A DNA stretch of 64,000 bases, from contig JAEOUA010000003.1 in assembly GCA_016839555.1 (NCBI GenBank), forward strand, positions 320,001 through 384,000. The letters run 5' to 3'. The notes under the pieces were generated by a model that worked only from the letters and a program-made list of their open reading frames with translations, had not been told where the DNA came from and ran no database searches. The DNA is from Promethearchaeota archaeon (GTDB lineage: Archaea > Asgardarchaeota > Lokiarchaeia > Sigyniarchaeales > SOKP01). Each line of letters opens with the position of its first letter. The stretch's first letter is position 1. This document shows, piece after piece, positions 20,065 to 30,416 of this stretch. The position numbers and the translations under genes were made by a program.

Positions 20065-21846
20065 TCAATGTGTAAAATAACAAAAGAGTTCTTCCTTTTT
20101 AAGATCTTTTCTAATAGGATTCACAAATCCATAACGTTCGAATTGAATTGTCTTTTTCATAGGAATTTCTAGTAAATTATGTTCACCATATCCCTCAGAT
20201 ATAAAGCCATCAGGTTTTAATATTTTTACATGAATTTTACCATCATTTGGTACCCAATGTATTATAGGAAATTCCCTGTTTAATTCCTTGCTATGATATT
20301 GGGATTTGATTAAATTTTGAGATGAATTTATAGAGATAATTTTTATATTAAATAAATCCTTTAAACGAATTAAATCATTACTTTTTCTCTCTTTAGCATC
20401 AGCTTCTGCTATATATACTATCAATTGATTATTATTTATATTGCACTCAATTTTTCTTCTTCCTTTCCCCGGATTTGTCGGTAAGAGCAGAGGCTCTGCA
20501 ATTAATTTTTCAAAGGGAACATCATCAATGATAAGCTTAATGGGATTTTCCACAAAAAAATATCTATGTGAACTCTCATCTATTAATGCTTGATTCTTAG
20601 CATAAAGCCAATTAACTGAAAATGTGATACCTGACATAGACATTCCGAGATCTAATAATGTTTCTCTTAAAGCTTCTGGTAGAATGCCTCTTTTTTTGAG
20701 AGATTGAAGGCTCCAAGTCCGTGGATCATCCCATCCATCATATTCACCTTTTAATATTTTATTTCGAGTATTAGTTTTACTTAATTTCATATTTGGAAAA
20801 TTTATTCTTCCATAATGAAGAAACTGCGCCTTTTTCCACTTAAAATGAGTCCAAATGAAATCTTCAATATAATCTTCTTTAATAAGATCAGTACCTCTTA
20901 AGATATGAGTTACTCCTATTAAATAATCGTCAATAGCCCAAGAAAATTCTAACATTGGCCAAACAGTATATCTCGTATATACTCGTGGATGTGATGCTTC
21001 TGAAATTCTCATAATGATTTGGTCTCTCAATGCAGGGTCTTTATGATCCATACCAGTTTTTAATCTAACTATAGCCTCAGTTTCATGATATTCTCTATTA
21101 AGCATTTTTTCCCACTCCTCTAAATTCTTTTCAACTGTATGATTTCGGTGGGGACATTGTTTTTTATGTTTAATATATTTTTCTTTAAACTCCTCTGCAG
21201 AGCAAGAACACACATATGCCATATTATCCTCAATTAGTTGTTTACAATATTTATAATAATATTGCAATCTATCGCTTTTATAATATACTTTTGAATATTT
21301 AACTCCCAACCATTCCAAACCCTCCTTAATTAAATCATATGCTTCTGGGAGAACATATTTTGCTTTTTCTGGTTCCTGTTCTCTTAAAAGTTTAGAACTT
21401 CCAATAGTATCATCGAAAAAAAGTATAAGTTTACCATTATATCTCTTCGTATATTGATCGTTAAGCACAACCATACGTGCATTCCCAATATGTAAGGCTC
21501 CACTGGGATAAGGAGCTAATCTCATTATAACTTTCTCATAATTATTAACATTAGGCAGTTCAGGAAGTTCTTTTTTTTCCTCTTGAGTTTCTTCCTCTTT
21601 AAATGCATCAGGGTCTAACTTTAATAATTTCTTTCTTTGCTCTTCTAATTCAAGCTTTGAGATTTTTTCCACTATTTTATCTAGAATAGGCATAATTTCC
21701 TTTGCATAAGGTCTTAAGTCTTTTCTCTTCCCCATTAATTTTCCCATTATCGCTTTTTTATTTGGATTCCCTTCAAATTCTACTGCATTTTTCAATCCAT
21801 TTATCCAGAGTATTTTTTCTATTTCTTTTATTTTGCTGTCGTCCAA
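20065..21846 (-). CDS. gltX: Glutamate--tRNA ligase (archaeal type)
   Basis: RLAPYPSGALHIGN (HIGH), THILRG, KLSKT, WDDPR, QFERYGF. Confidence 0.95.
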   Translation of the reverse strand: MDDSKIKEIEKILWINGLKNAVEFEGNPNKKAIMGKLMGKRKDLRPYAKEIMPILDKIVEKISKLELEEQRKKLLKLDPDAFKEEETQEEKKELPELPNVNNYEKVIMRLAPYPSGALHIGNARMVVLNDQYTKRYNGKLILFFDDTIGSSKLLREQEPEKAKYVLPEAYDLIKEGLEWLGVKYSKVYYKSDRLQYYYKYCKQLIEDNMAYVCSCSAEEFKEKYIKHKKQCPHRNHTVEKNLEEWEKMLNREYHETEAIVRLKTGMDHKDPALRDQIIMRISEASHPRVYTRYTVWPMLEFSWAIDDYLIGVTHILRGTDLIKEDYIEDFIWTHFKWKKAQFLHYGRINFPNMKLSKTNTRNKILKGEYDGWDDPRTWSLQSLKKRGILPEALRETLLDLGMSMSGITFSVNWLYAKNQALIDESSHRYFFVENPIKLIIDDVPFEKLIAEPLLLPTNPGKGRRKIECNINNNQLIVYIAEADAKERKSNDLIRLKDLFNIKIISINSSQNLIKSQYHSKELNREFPIIHWVPNDGKIHVKILKPDGFISEGYGEHNLLEIPMKKTIQFERYGFVNPIRKDLKKEELFCYFTH

Positions 21847-22090
21847 TTGAAAATCCTCTTTAGATTTGTGATGAGGGTAAAAAATTATAAAATTATACTA
21901 AAAAAAATGTTTTGTATCAAAAAATCATTTTTATTCCTTAAATACTATAGAGATTCATAATATCTAATTGTTCTTGAAGCAAATTAAATTAAATGCTTTT
22001 TATATATTTAAATACGGATTAAATAATGAATTAGAATTATTATATCATTAAAAAATAAAAAGAAAATTCTTCAAAATAAAAAAGGATGAT

Positions 22091-22378
22091 TTACATTTCA
22101 AAATCATCTTTAGTACCCATGAGGGTGGTTGTTTCCTCGATCCAATTTGATAATTCATCATCCGTCCTGCAGTAAGTCACTATCTTATCCAATTCATTCA
22201 AATTTGTAAATGCACATTCCACAATTACATCCCAACCACCATATATCGCAGTTGCATAGGTTACCTTCCAATCCTCACCTTGTTCTTTTGAAGTTAACCC
22301 ATTTAATTTTTCTACAACTTTCCATTCCTTACCTACTATTTTTAACCGTACTAAAATATATCCTCTATAATAGCCCAA
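22091..22378 (-). CDS. Lrp/AsnC ligand-binding (RAM) domain protein
   Basis: YILV..GKE..V..YGGWDVIV..ELDKIV..TTTL; no HTH. Confidence 0.8.
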   Translation of the reverse strand: MGYYRGYILVRLKIVGKEWKVVEKLNGLTSKEQGEDWKVTYATAIYGGWDVIVECAFTNLNELDKIVTYCRTDDELSNWIEETTTLMGTKDDFEM

Positions 22379-22484
22379 GTATTACCACTTCTTTATATTT
22401 GTTTTATTTATATTTCTCGATAAATTTACATTATATAGAATATTATTTTGATTTTTAATATACCTTACCTAGATATTAGGGATA

Positions 22485-23111
22485 ATGATTACTAATTTAA
22501 AGAAAGCATTAGAAGCATATTTTTTTAAAGAGAGTAGATTAAATAAAGAATTAATTAATAGCTTGTCAAAAATCTTATATCATTGTTCCAAAAAGAAAAA
22601 AATTACTTTTGAAGAAATAAAAGTATTAAATGAAGGAGATATTACGGATCTTATATTTTTTATAAACGAAAAAAAATTATTAATCCCAAGAAAAACATTT
22701 AGTGGGACTATGGAGTGGGACGATACATTTTTTTTAAATAATTCTAATGAAATTTATGAAATTCCTAATATTATAAAGCAGATGATAAGAGAAGCAATAA
22801 ATTCGGGATTATGGAACCCCGAAAAAGTAATCATAAAATTATTTAAAAAAATTGGAGAAAAAGACTATGAAAAGATGCCTACTCTAATTAAGACGTTATA
22901 TCAGTATTCTAAGAATTATCAAATATATGGATCTCAAATTAAAAGTAAATGTGATGACATGCTTTTAGGTGATAAAGTAAATTCAATCATATCAGAACTA
23001 AAGGGAACAGGAATAATGAGTCCGAAATTAAGTAGTTCTTTTTTTCACTCTATTCAGCAGAAGTCCCCCATATATGAATTAAATCCCTCTATATTTAAAA
23101 AAGAAAAATAA
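22485..23111 (+). CDS. Hypothetical protein, possibly tandem winged-helix
   Basis: 208 aa ORF with IISELKGTGIMSP..YELNP; ends 8 nt before the ARH gene. Confidence 0.6.
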   Translation: MITNLKKALEAYFFKESRLNKELINSLSKILYHCSKKKKITFEEIKVLNEGDITDLIFFINEKKLLIPRKTFSGTMEWDDTFFLNNSNEIYEIPNIIKQMIREAINSGLWNPEKVIIKLFKKIGEKDYEKMPTLIKTLYQYSKNYQIYGSQIKSKCDDMLLGDKVNSIISELKGTGIMSPKLSSSFFHSIQQKSPIYELNPSIFKKEK

Positions 23112-23119
23112 AAAAAATT

Positions 23120-24229
23120 ATGAAAGAAATAACGAAAGAAGAATATTATAATAAAGTCTATGGCTCATGGTTAGGCAGGATTTCGGGAGATTTTGTGGGA
23201 TATCCTCTAGAATTTCACCCTTATAAGTTCATTGTAAAAAAGTATGGAAATGATTTAGATTACTACCCTAAAGAGATTAACTTAGATTATGTAAATGATG
23301 ATGAAATGTATGAAATTGTGGCCTTAATCGCCTTTGAAAAATATGGTTTAGATTTAACTGCCAAAGAGATTTCTCAAGAGTGGTTAAATCTACTATATAA
23401 AAAGAATTTTACAGCGGAAGCAATTGCTCTCAAAAATTTAAGAAAAGGGATTTGGCCGCCAGAATCGGCCACTTATAATAATATCTGGTATGATGCGATT
23501 GGAGCTCAGATGCGAGCAGATATTTTCGGACAAATAGCTCCGGGTTGTCCAGATATTGCAAAATATTATGCAGAAATTGATGGTTCCATCTCACATTCGG
23601 GAATTGGCATTGAGGGCGAAGTTTATATCGCCGTTATGCTCTCTAATGCGTTCTTTGAAACAGACATTCGTAAAAATATTCATTATTCTCTTAATTATAT
23701 CCTCTCTGCTACGGAAAGTATTTATGCTGAAATGATACTCAAGGCAATCGACATCTATGAAAAGAATGAGGATAATTTTCGAGACGCAAGGGATGAATTG
23801 ATAAACTATTGGCATTATATTAGAAAGAAAAAGATAAAATCAAAAGATAGATTCATGGGGAAACGCAGAGTCAAATTTCTGAATAAATACATTTCCGCTG
23901 TACATGTACTTCCTAATATTGGAATCATTATTCTTTCGCTTCTTTATGGCGCTGAAAATGAAAAAGATACCCTTGGAAAGTCAATTTGTACCGCAGCGAT
24001 GATGGGACTTGATACTGATTGTAATTGTGGAAATATTGGCGCAATTATTGGTGCACAACTTGGAGCAGATAAAATTCCCTCAAAATGGAAAGCGCCCTTA
24101 AGAAATAGTTTTTCAACGTATGTGAAAGGCTATGAAAAATGGAAAATAACCGATTTGGCAAAAAGAATATGGAATATGGGACTTAAAGTGGTGGAACAAA
24201 AGGGAAAAAACTGCGTTAGGATCAATTAA
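23120..24229 (+). CDS. ADP-ribosylglycohydrolase family protein
   Basis: GSWLG..GDFVG, NDDE, GAQMRAD, GLDTDCNCGNIGAIIGA, IPSKW. Confidence 0.9.
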   Translation: MKEITKEEYYNKVYGSWLGRISGDFVGYPLEFHPYKFIVKKYGNDLDYYPKEINLDYVNDDEMYEIVALIAFEKYGLDLTAKEISQEWLNLLYKKNFTAEAIALKNLRKGIWPPESATYNNIWYDAIGAQMRADIFGQIAPGCPDIAKYYAEIDGSISHSGIGIEGEVYIAVMLSNAFFETDIRKNIHYSLNYILSATESIYAEMILKAIDIYEKNEDNFRDARDELINYWHYIRKKKIKSKDRFMGKRRVKFLNKYISAVHVLPNIGIIILSLLYGAENEKDTLGKSICTAAMMGLDTDCNCGNIGAIIGAQLGADKIPSKWKAPLRNSFSTYVKGYEKWKITDLAKRIWNMGLKVVEQKGKNCVRIN

Positions 24230-24313
24230 AAGAAATATTCTAATATGAAAAATTTAAAAATATTCTGATTTAATAATAGATTTAATAGTTAGTGAGCGTT
24301 TTTTTAATATAAG

Positions 24314-24967
24314 TTAAGCTTTTATTATTTTTTTTATATCCTTAAAATTTATTTTTGATAAATCTTCTAAAATTAAATCCGCATTCTTAAGTTCATCTTT
24401 TTTATGAGTGGTTGTTAGAGCGATTGTTTTCATACCCGCACTTTTGGCAGCTTCAATACCAACGGGAGCATCTTCAATAACGACGCATCTCTCTGAAATT
24501 AGCTGAAAATAATTTTTTATTTTTTTAAATACTTCTGGATCTGGTTTTCCTTTCTGAACATCATCGCCTGTTATAATGAAATCAAAATATTTTTTTATTT
24601 TTAAACTATTTAATAAAAGATCAACATTTTCAGGTGGCCCGCTTGATCCGACAGCTAGTTTAAAGTTATTCTTTTTTAAATCTTTAATAAGGGAAATTAC
24701 TCCAGGGAGGGGTTTTATTTTGTCTTTTACCATCTCGCGGTAATATTTTTCTTTTAAATCGGCCCATTCTTTAATTTTTGATTCTTCAGTATTTTTTCCA
24801 ACCAATTTCCTCGTAATCGGAACGCTTTTTTGACCGAATGACTTCTCAAAGAACTCTTTTGTAAATTCTACTCCAATCTTTTTGGCAAGCTTCTTCCAAC
24901 TAGCAAAATGAATAGGACCTGTGTCAGCAAGTACCCCATCCATATCAAATATTACGCATTCAGACAT
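24314..24967 (-). CDS. HAD-superfamily phosphatase (beta-phosphoglucomutase-like)
   Basis: FDMDGVLAD, GKPDP, IEDAPVGIEAA. Confidence 0.9.
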   Translation of the reverse strand: MSECVIFDMDGVLADTGPIHFASWKKLAKKIGVEFTKEFFEKSFGQKSVPITRKLVGKNTEESKIKEWADLKEKYYREMVKDKIKPLPGVISLIKDLKKNNFKLAVGSSGPPENVDLLLNSLKIKKYFDFIITGDDVQKGKPDPEVFKKIKNYFQLISERCVVIEDAPVGIEAAKSAGMKTIALTTTHKKDELKNADLILEDLSKINFKDIKKIIKA

Positions 24968-25054
24968 AATTTTAACAACTATATTTAATTATTCTCAATT
25001 ATCTGTAAATAAAATATTTTAAGAATTGATCATAAAGAATAATTATTAATATAT

Positions 25055-25163
25055 GACCCTGTGGTCCAGTTGGATAGGGCGCTGGCTTGCGGATTGCGAG
25101 GGATTATGTCCCCCTCGTTTAGCAGAAAGCCAGAAATCGGGGGTTCAAGTCCCTCCAGGGTCG
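25055..25163 (+). tRNA. tRNA-Arg(GCG) with 35-nt intron at 37/38 (25093-25127)
   Basis: Acceptor GACCCTG/CAGGGTC, anticodon stem CTGGC/GCCAG, anticodon GCG at 25089-25091, T-loop TTCAAGT. BHB: UUGC/GCAG helix flanked by GGA and AAA bulges. Confidence 0.93.
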
Positions 25164-25427
25164 CTTTATCCTATTCTTAATTTTTAAATTAATTTTTATT
25201 TATTATTGAATATATTATTAATTTAAATAGATAATTACAAAACTAAATAAAATCCTAGAATAAGCTTAAATATATGATTTTCTTTAAAAAACATGAGAGC
25301 GTTCTATAAAAGATATAAAGAAAACTTTAAGAGATGAATTATAATTAGTTTAATAGAGAGGATCAAAAAGAATTGGTTTTGGATTTGTGTTATTGAACTT
25401 ATTATCTTTATTCCTTTTAATTGGATT

Positions 25428-25949
25428 TTGTTTTTTTTGGATATTCTCCCTCTAAATGCGGCGATTATGACCCTCTTTTTTCCTTTAGTATTAGTAGTCC
25501 CATATTACCTGGAAAAACAAGAGCATCAAAAATATGTCACTAAACTAACTAAATTAGTATATCTTCTTGGGGGTATTTTTGTTATTGGAGGAATAATTTG
25601 GTTTGCTATTATGTTTATTTTAAGGATAATTAATATTTTGGATACAGAGGCAAAGGGGTTTAATTTATGGTTTATATTTTCTATTATATTTTCATATGGA
25701 TTAGGTGCATTTATATCATATCTGATAGGGAAAAAAAGAAATTGGAGACCTCCAAAAAGGTTTGTCGTGGAGATCAGTGGTCAATTTAAAGATGAAACAG
25801 AAGATAAAATTTTAATAAAAATCTCATCAGACCAAGAAATGTGGATTCAAAAATTAAATGTATATTCTAAATATAAGAAAGAGGAAAATATCACTCAAAC
25901 TTTTCTAATTAATATTTGGGAGCTTACTAAAGAAAATACCAATAGCTAA
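25428..25949 (+). CDS. Membrane hypothetical protein (probably starts near 25338-25346)
   Basis: Hydrophobic ORF; the frame stays open upstream to a TGA at 25335 and encodes another hydrophobic segment. Confidence 0.6.
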   Translation: MFFLDILPLNAAIMTLFFPLVLVVPYYLEKQEHQKYVTKLTKLVYLLGGIFVIGGIIWFAIMFILRIINILDTEAKGFNLWFIFSIIFSYGLGAFISYLIGKKRNWRPPKRFVVEISGQFKDETEDKILIKISSDQEMWIQKLNVYSKYKKEENITQTFLINIWELTKENTNS

Positions 25950-26026
25950 AATTTAATAAATTTCTAAAAAAACTAGATAAGTAAATACAGTGATCTTATT
26001 TTTCTGCTTAATTCTGTGTTTTAAAT

Positions 26027-26800
26027 CTATATGATATTTAAAATTTCGGATATTTCTTGTATTTTGTTTATATTCTGTAAAGGGATTTCCTTTTCATAGG
26101 GGAATTTATATTTTCTTTCAAAAAGAAGTATCTGAAGTCCTGCACGATGCGCCCCCATAATATCGGCATATTCATCACCGCACATTATAATATTTTTTTT
26201 ATCTTGTTCTTTAAATCCCATTTTCTCGACTGTGTAATTGAATATTTCAATATGAGGTTTTCTTTTTCCGAATAAAGCTGATGTAATAACCATATCAAAA
26301 TATTGTAATAATTTATGCTTTTGGACTAAATTTTTGATAGTGTCGTGATGCGGATGATTAGATAAAAGAGCCAGCTTTAAATCCGGAATTTTAGATAATT
26401 CTTTTAAAGTGGTTGCTGTTTTTTGGAAAGGAACCCACTCTTCTGCTTCGCATGAATGATATATGGTCGTGAGTTCATCAAGCAGAATTTCATCAATTTC
26501 TTCAATATTCATATATTCAAATACTTGTTTAAAAATTAACGATGTAGGATATTCCTCATTGGTTTTCATACTATCTCGAAAATAGCGTGTTCTTAGTGTA
26601 TTAAACTTGTTCATGAACTTTTGAGTTTCAGATGTTTGCTTTAATATTCCCATTCCATTCAAAACTTCAACTGCTTTTTTGAGACCTATTTTATAGCAAT
26701 TTAAATATTTTTCAAGGGAAACATCATTAAAATAAAATAAGGTGAAGCCAAAATCAAAAATGATTCCTCTGATCATTCCAATAATATTAAGGATTTTCAA
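26027..26800 (-). CDS. HAD-superfamily hydrolase
   Basis: IIFDFGFTL, LLSN, RKPH..IF, CGDEYADIMGAHRAG. Confidence 0.85.
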   Translation of the reverse strand: MKILNIIGMIRGIIFDFGFTLFYFNDVSLEKYLNCYKIGLKKAVEVLNGMGILKQTSETQKFMNKFNTLRTRYFRDSMKTNEEYPTSLIFKQVFEYMNIEEIDEILLDELTTIYHSCEAEEWVPFQKTATTLKELSKIPDLKLALLSNHPHHDTIKNLVQKHKLLQYFDMVITSALFGKRKPHIEIFNYTVEKMGFKEQDKKNIIMCGDEYADIMGAHRAGLQILLFERKYKFPYEKEIPLQNINKIQEISEILNII

Positions 26801-26979
26801 TAATTTTAATCTTTCTTAATCAGTAAATAATTCACCCCTATAAATATAATAAAAAATAAAATTCTTAATTTATTAAAAGAGAGAATTTTAGTAAGAAAAT
26901 GATAAATTAAGGAGTATTAAAATAATACTTGAATTGACAGAAATTTTTTTATTAAAAATAACAAAATTATCTATTTATT

Positions 26980-27513
26980 ATGACCATAGAGAAATGGCTT
27001 TCAGAAAATAAAAATTGGCAAGAAAATCAGAAAAGGAGGAAGGAAGAACAAGAACGAGAAAAAATTCAACTCAGAAAAACAATAATCAACGATTTAGTGG
27101 AAAAAAAGCAAAGAAAATCTTCTCAAAAAGCAAGGGACTCTAAAAAGAAGGATTATTTTCTAAGAAAAATCACTGAGTTTAAAAACTGGTTAAACGCCCG
27201 AACCTATCTTCAAGGAGATAAACCTAAAATTGAGACTTGGATCTCCAATCTATATCGAATTTTAGAAGAGCAACAAAAATCAAATCTGATAAAGGATAAA
27301 AATGAGAATAAAGATAAGTTAATAGAGAAATTTCGCAAAATTCATCCGCGATTTTTGGATGAAAAAACCCGTATAGCAATTATTAAAAAGCTCCAGGGTA
27401 AAGATCTAACAAGCTCCGATCAATATTATTTAAGGAAACTTAAAAAACAAATTGAACAAAAATTAAAAGATTTGTATAATTATCAATTGTTAAGAGATAT
27501 CTTAGAGATATAA
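26980..27513 (+). CDS. Lys/Glu-rich helical hypothetical protein
   Basis: 177 aa ORF, likely co-transcribed with the following gene. Confidence 0.65.
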   Translation: MTIEKWLSENKNWQENQKRRKEEQEREKIQLRKTIINDLVEKKQRKSSQKARDSKKKDYFLRKITEFKNWLNARTYLQGDKPKIETWISNLYRILEEQQKSNLIKDKNENKDKLIEKFRKIHPRFLDEKTRIAIIKKLQGKDLTSSDQYYLRKLKKQIEQKLKDLYNYQLLRDILEI

Positions 27514-27552
27514 AATAATAAAATTAAGAGAAACAATAAATAAAGAAAATTT

Positions 27553-28659
27553 ATGCATATCATATTTCCTATAGCGGGGGTTGGTTCTCGGCTTCAACCC
27601 TTTACCTTTTCAAAACCGAAAGCATTTATAAAAATTGCGGGAAAAAGATTAATTGATCATATTCTTATTAAATTAAAGAAAAATTTTCCTGAAGGTACAA
27701 ATATTCTTTTTATAGTAGGATATATGAAGCGCCAAATAACGGATTATCTACGAAAAAATTATTCCGATTATTTTAATATACAATTTCAGGAGCAGAAGCC
27801 TTTAGGATATCAAGATGAAACCCCATATTTCTCAGGGCTGGGCGATGCAATTTTGCTAGCAAAAGAGAGTGTTAAGGACGATGATATTTTTATCTGTTTA
27901 AGCGACAGATTACCAATAAATGATTATTCTTCACTTTTAATCAATTATCATCAACAAAAATGTGATGGAATGATTAACACTAAGAAGGTTGATAATCCGC
28001 AATTTTATGGAGTAACAATAGTAGATAAACAAGGATTTCTTAAGGATATAGTTGAAAAACCTAAAGATTTTATTTCAGACTTAGCAGTGTCAGGAGCCTA
28101 TATTTTTAGCAAAAAAGTCACATTACGACTGTTTCAACTTCTTGAGGAACAGAGTAAAATCGAATTAGAAAACGGACAAGAACATCAATTTACTCCTATA
28201 ATTAAGAAATTATTGGAAGAGGGAAAAAAAATAAAAATAAACGAAATGAAATCAGAAATCTTAGATTTTGGCAGACCAGAAACACTTTTAGAAGGAAATA
28301 GATACCTTTTATCTGAGACTAAGATTGAAAATCCCTTATATGAACATTTAATTCAATCAGATAATATCATTGACTCTAAGATTATTCCTCCTGTTTTTAT
28401 TGGTAAAGATGTTAAAATTAAAGATTCTATTATTGGTCCTAATGTTTCAATAGGAAACAATACAAAAATTGTTAAAAGTATTTTATCTGAGTTTGTGATT
28501 GGTGATGGAAGTCATCTCGAAAAGATCATTTCAAGCAATAGCATTCTTGGAGATTACGTTACTTTACAGGATTTGATTAAAAATGGTATAACTATTGGGG
28601 ATTCAACATTTATCCATACCACAATCACCAGAGAAACATATAATAATTCTCACATCTAA
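27553..28659 (+). CDS. Sugar-phosphate nucleotidyltransferase (glucose-1-phosphate thymidylyltransferase-like) with left-handed beta-helix
   Basis: PIAGVGSRLQPFTFSKPK, VEKP, DFGRPE and C-terminal hexapeptide repeats. Confidence 0.9.
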   Translation: MHIIFPIAGVGSRLQPFTFSKPKAFIKIAGKRLIDHILIKLKKNFPEGTNILFIVGYMKRQITDYLRKNYSDYFNIQFQEQKPLGYQDETPYFSGLGDAILLAKESVKDDDIFICLSDRLPINDYSSLLINYHQQKCDGMINTKKVDNPQFYGVTIVDKQGFLKDIVEKPKDFISDLAVSGAYIFSKKVTLRLFQLLEEQSKIELENGQEHQFTPIIKKLLEEGKKIKINEMKSEILDFGRPETLLEGNRYLLSETKIENPLYEHLIQSDNIIDSKIIPPVFIGKDVKIKDSIIGPNVSIGNNTKIVKSILSEFVIGDGSHLEKIISSNSILGDYVTLQDLIKNGITIGDSTFIHTTITRETYNNSHI

Positions 28660-28693
28660 TTTTAACACTCACGCAGAGCTTTGTTCTTAAAGT

Positions 28694-28719
28694 TTTTTAA
28701 CAAAGAAATTTGTTAAAAA
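28694..28719. terminator. Perfect 11-bp hairpin with GAAA loop between convergent genes
   Basis: TTTTTAACAAA-GAAA-TTTGTTAAAAA. Confidence 0.5.
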
Positions 28720-28746
28720 GAGATTAATTGGTCCTAATAAATAGTA

Positions 28747-29991
28747 TTAATAAAATAAATTCTTTATATGTCTTTCATAAATGTTAAACATCACATGTTC
28801 AGAAACTATGCGTTCATTTCTTATTAATGCATCTATGAAGTTCTCCCCCATTTCCGCAGCAATTTTATAGGCAATGTGAAGTAATTGTCGGAAGTGTGGA
28901 TTGAACTTTTTATTATTTGAATCATGCTGTAATGTATTAACATATTCCTCACTCGTCCACTTGTTTACAGAATTTGGTGTTGGTAATTTTTCTCTATCTA
29001 TACTAATTACTTCCGTATATGGTTTGCATAATTCATCATAGCGTTTATATGCTTTATAGTAGATTTCTTTTACTATGCTCAAACCATCATTTCCAGCTAA
29101 TGCTAATCCTATTAATTCTTCAAGCCAAGTAGTACCTGCTGTTTTTAGATGAACTCCAGTATTGAAATTTTTAATTGCTTTATTTATTGGCTCATAGAGG
29201 GAAAATTTATCGCTTCCTGAATGTATACTTAATTTTAAATTATTAGGTAATGAGAATTCTTTTATAGCAAATTTAATAATAGCTAAATCATTTTCAAATT
29301 GCTTTGTAAATTGATTAATATTTCCAATGTAATCTATTCCTTTGATAAATGAGCCAATAAATTTTGGAGCTATAGTTTGTATAGGAATTTTTAGTTCTGC
29401 CGTGGCAAAGAGGATAAAAAATATTTCTAAGGGACTCTGAGGGCTATCCGTTTCATCCATTGAAATTTCTGTGATAAAATTATTTTCTCCCTTACCATTT
29501 TCAATTTTGCGATATATTTTACCCGCTTCTTTTACAGCAAGGAAATATTTTTCAGCAATGAGACAGATTTGTTCCTTGCTGATCTGAAGGGGGGTAGGAA
29601 TGTTTGGAATTTTTAATTCTCCCATATAAGCCTTGCATTTTTCTATAAACAAATTAAGTTCTTTTTTTGGAGCTTTTTTTCCAATAAATTCTGCCACATC
29701 AAGCGTGAAATAATTACTGTATTCCATAAATCGATCGACAGTTGAATATCCAATATGATCTGCATCAATAAAGTATTCGCCATCATAATTTAATTCATTT
29801 GCCGCATTTTTGGCTTCAATAAAAACATCTTGTGGTTTTGTATTAATTATGGAATGTTCCCTATTAGATTTATTCCATACAATTGCTAGTTTAATTCCAT
29901 CTTGTCTTGCTTTGATTACTGCACTAAGGAGGGCTTTTCCTTGCTGACCAAAGCGATCTCCCGTGCCAATACTATATATTGGTAATTTCAT
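28747..29991 (-). CDS. uxaE: Tagaturonate/fructuronate epimerase
   Basis: GTGDRFG, DADH, EISMDET, APKF.G.F.KGIDY, SIHSGSDKF, HLKTAGTTWLE. Confidence 0.92.
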   Translation of the reverse strand: MKLPIYSIGTGDRFGQQGKALLSAVIKARQDGIKLAIVWNKSNREHSIINTKPQDVFIEAKNAANELNYDGEYFIDADHIGYSTVDRFMEYSNYFTLDVAEFIGKKAPKKELNLFIEKCKAYMGELKIPNIPTPLQISKEQICLIAEKYFLAVKEAGKIYRKIENGKGENNFITEISMDETDSPQSPLEIFFILFATAELKIPIQTIAPKFIGSFIKGIDYIGNINQFTKQFENDLAIIKFAIKEFSLPNNLKLSIHSGSDKFSLYEPINKAIKNFNTGVHLKTAGTTWLEELIGLALAGNDGLSIVKEIYYKAYKRYDELCKPYTEVISIDREKLPTPNSVNKWTSEEYVNTLQHDSNNKKFNPHFRQLLHIAYKIAAEMGENFIDALIRNERIVSEHVMFNIYERHIKNLFY

Positions 29992-30123
29992 GTTAAATAC
30001 TAATTATTTTAAGATTTTTTTCAAAATTATAAGATCCCTAATTAAATTATATTTTAATCTCTATTTGATTTTCTTATAGTTTTTCTTTATAAAAGCAACA
30101 ATTTTAGTGCTTCTTATAAAAAA

Positions 30124-30315
30124 TCAAAAATTAAATTTATAGATATTTCTTGGCTCTTTATATGTACTGATTTGATAATTACAATCAGGAGAAGTACATA
30201 CCCATACAGGAGGGCTCCCTCCTACCACTGGAAAAAATATTAAATATCCTTTTCCACAAACTGGGCAGGGTGGAGAAGCGGTGTAGATATTTTCATTATT
30301 AGACATTTTAATCAA
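30124..30315 (-). CDS. Small CPxCG zinc-finger protein
   Basis: CPVCGKG..WVCTSPDC. Confidence 0.7.
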   Translation of the reverse strand: MIKMSNNENIYTASPPCPVCGKGYLIFFPVVGGSPPVWVCTSPDCNYQISTYKEPRNIYKFNF

Positions 30316-30416
30316 GTTTTACATATTGATTGAGTTTTAAAAATTTAATCCAATATAACTGTAATATAAAAATAGAGTATTACTTATTGATAAAATTATA
30401 AAGAAATATAAAAAAA

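Noticed and set aside
25335-25337. Second selenoprotein via in-frame TGA
   Set aside because: There is no redox motif around the codon and no AUGA/GA SECIS visible after 25949.
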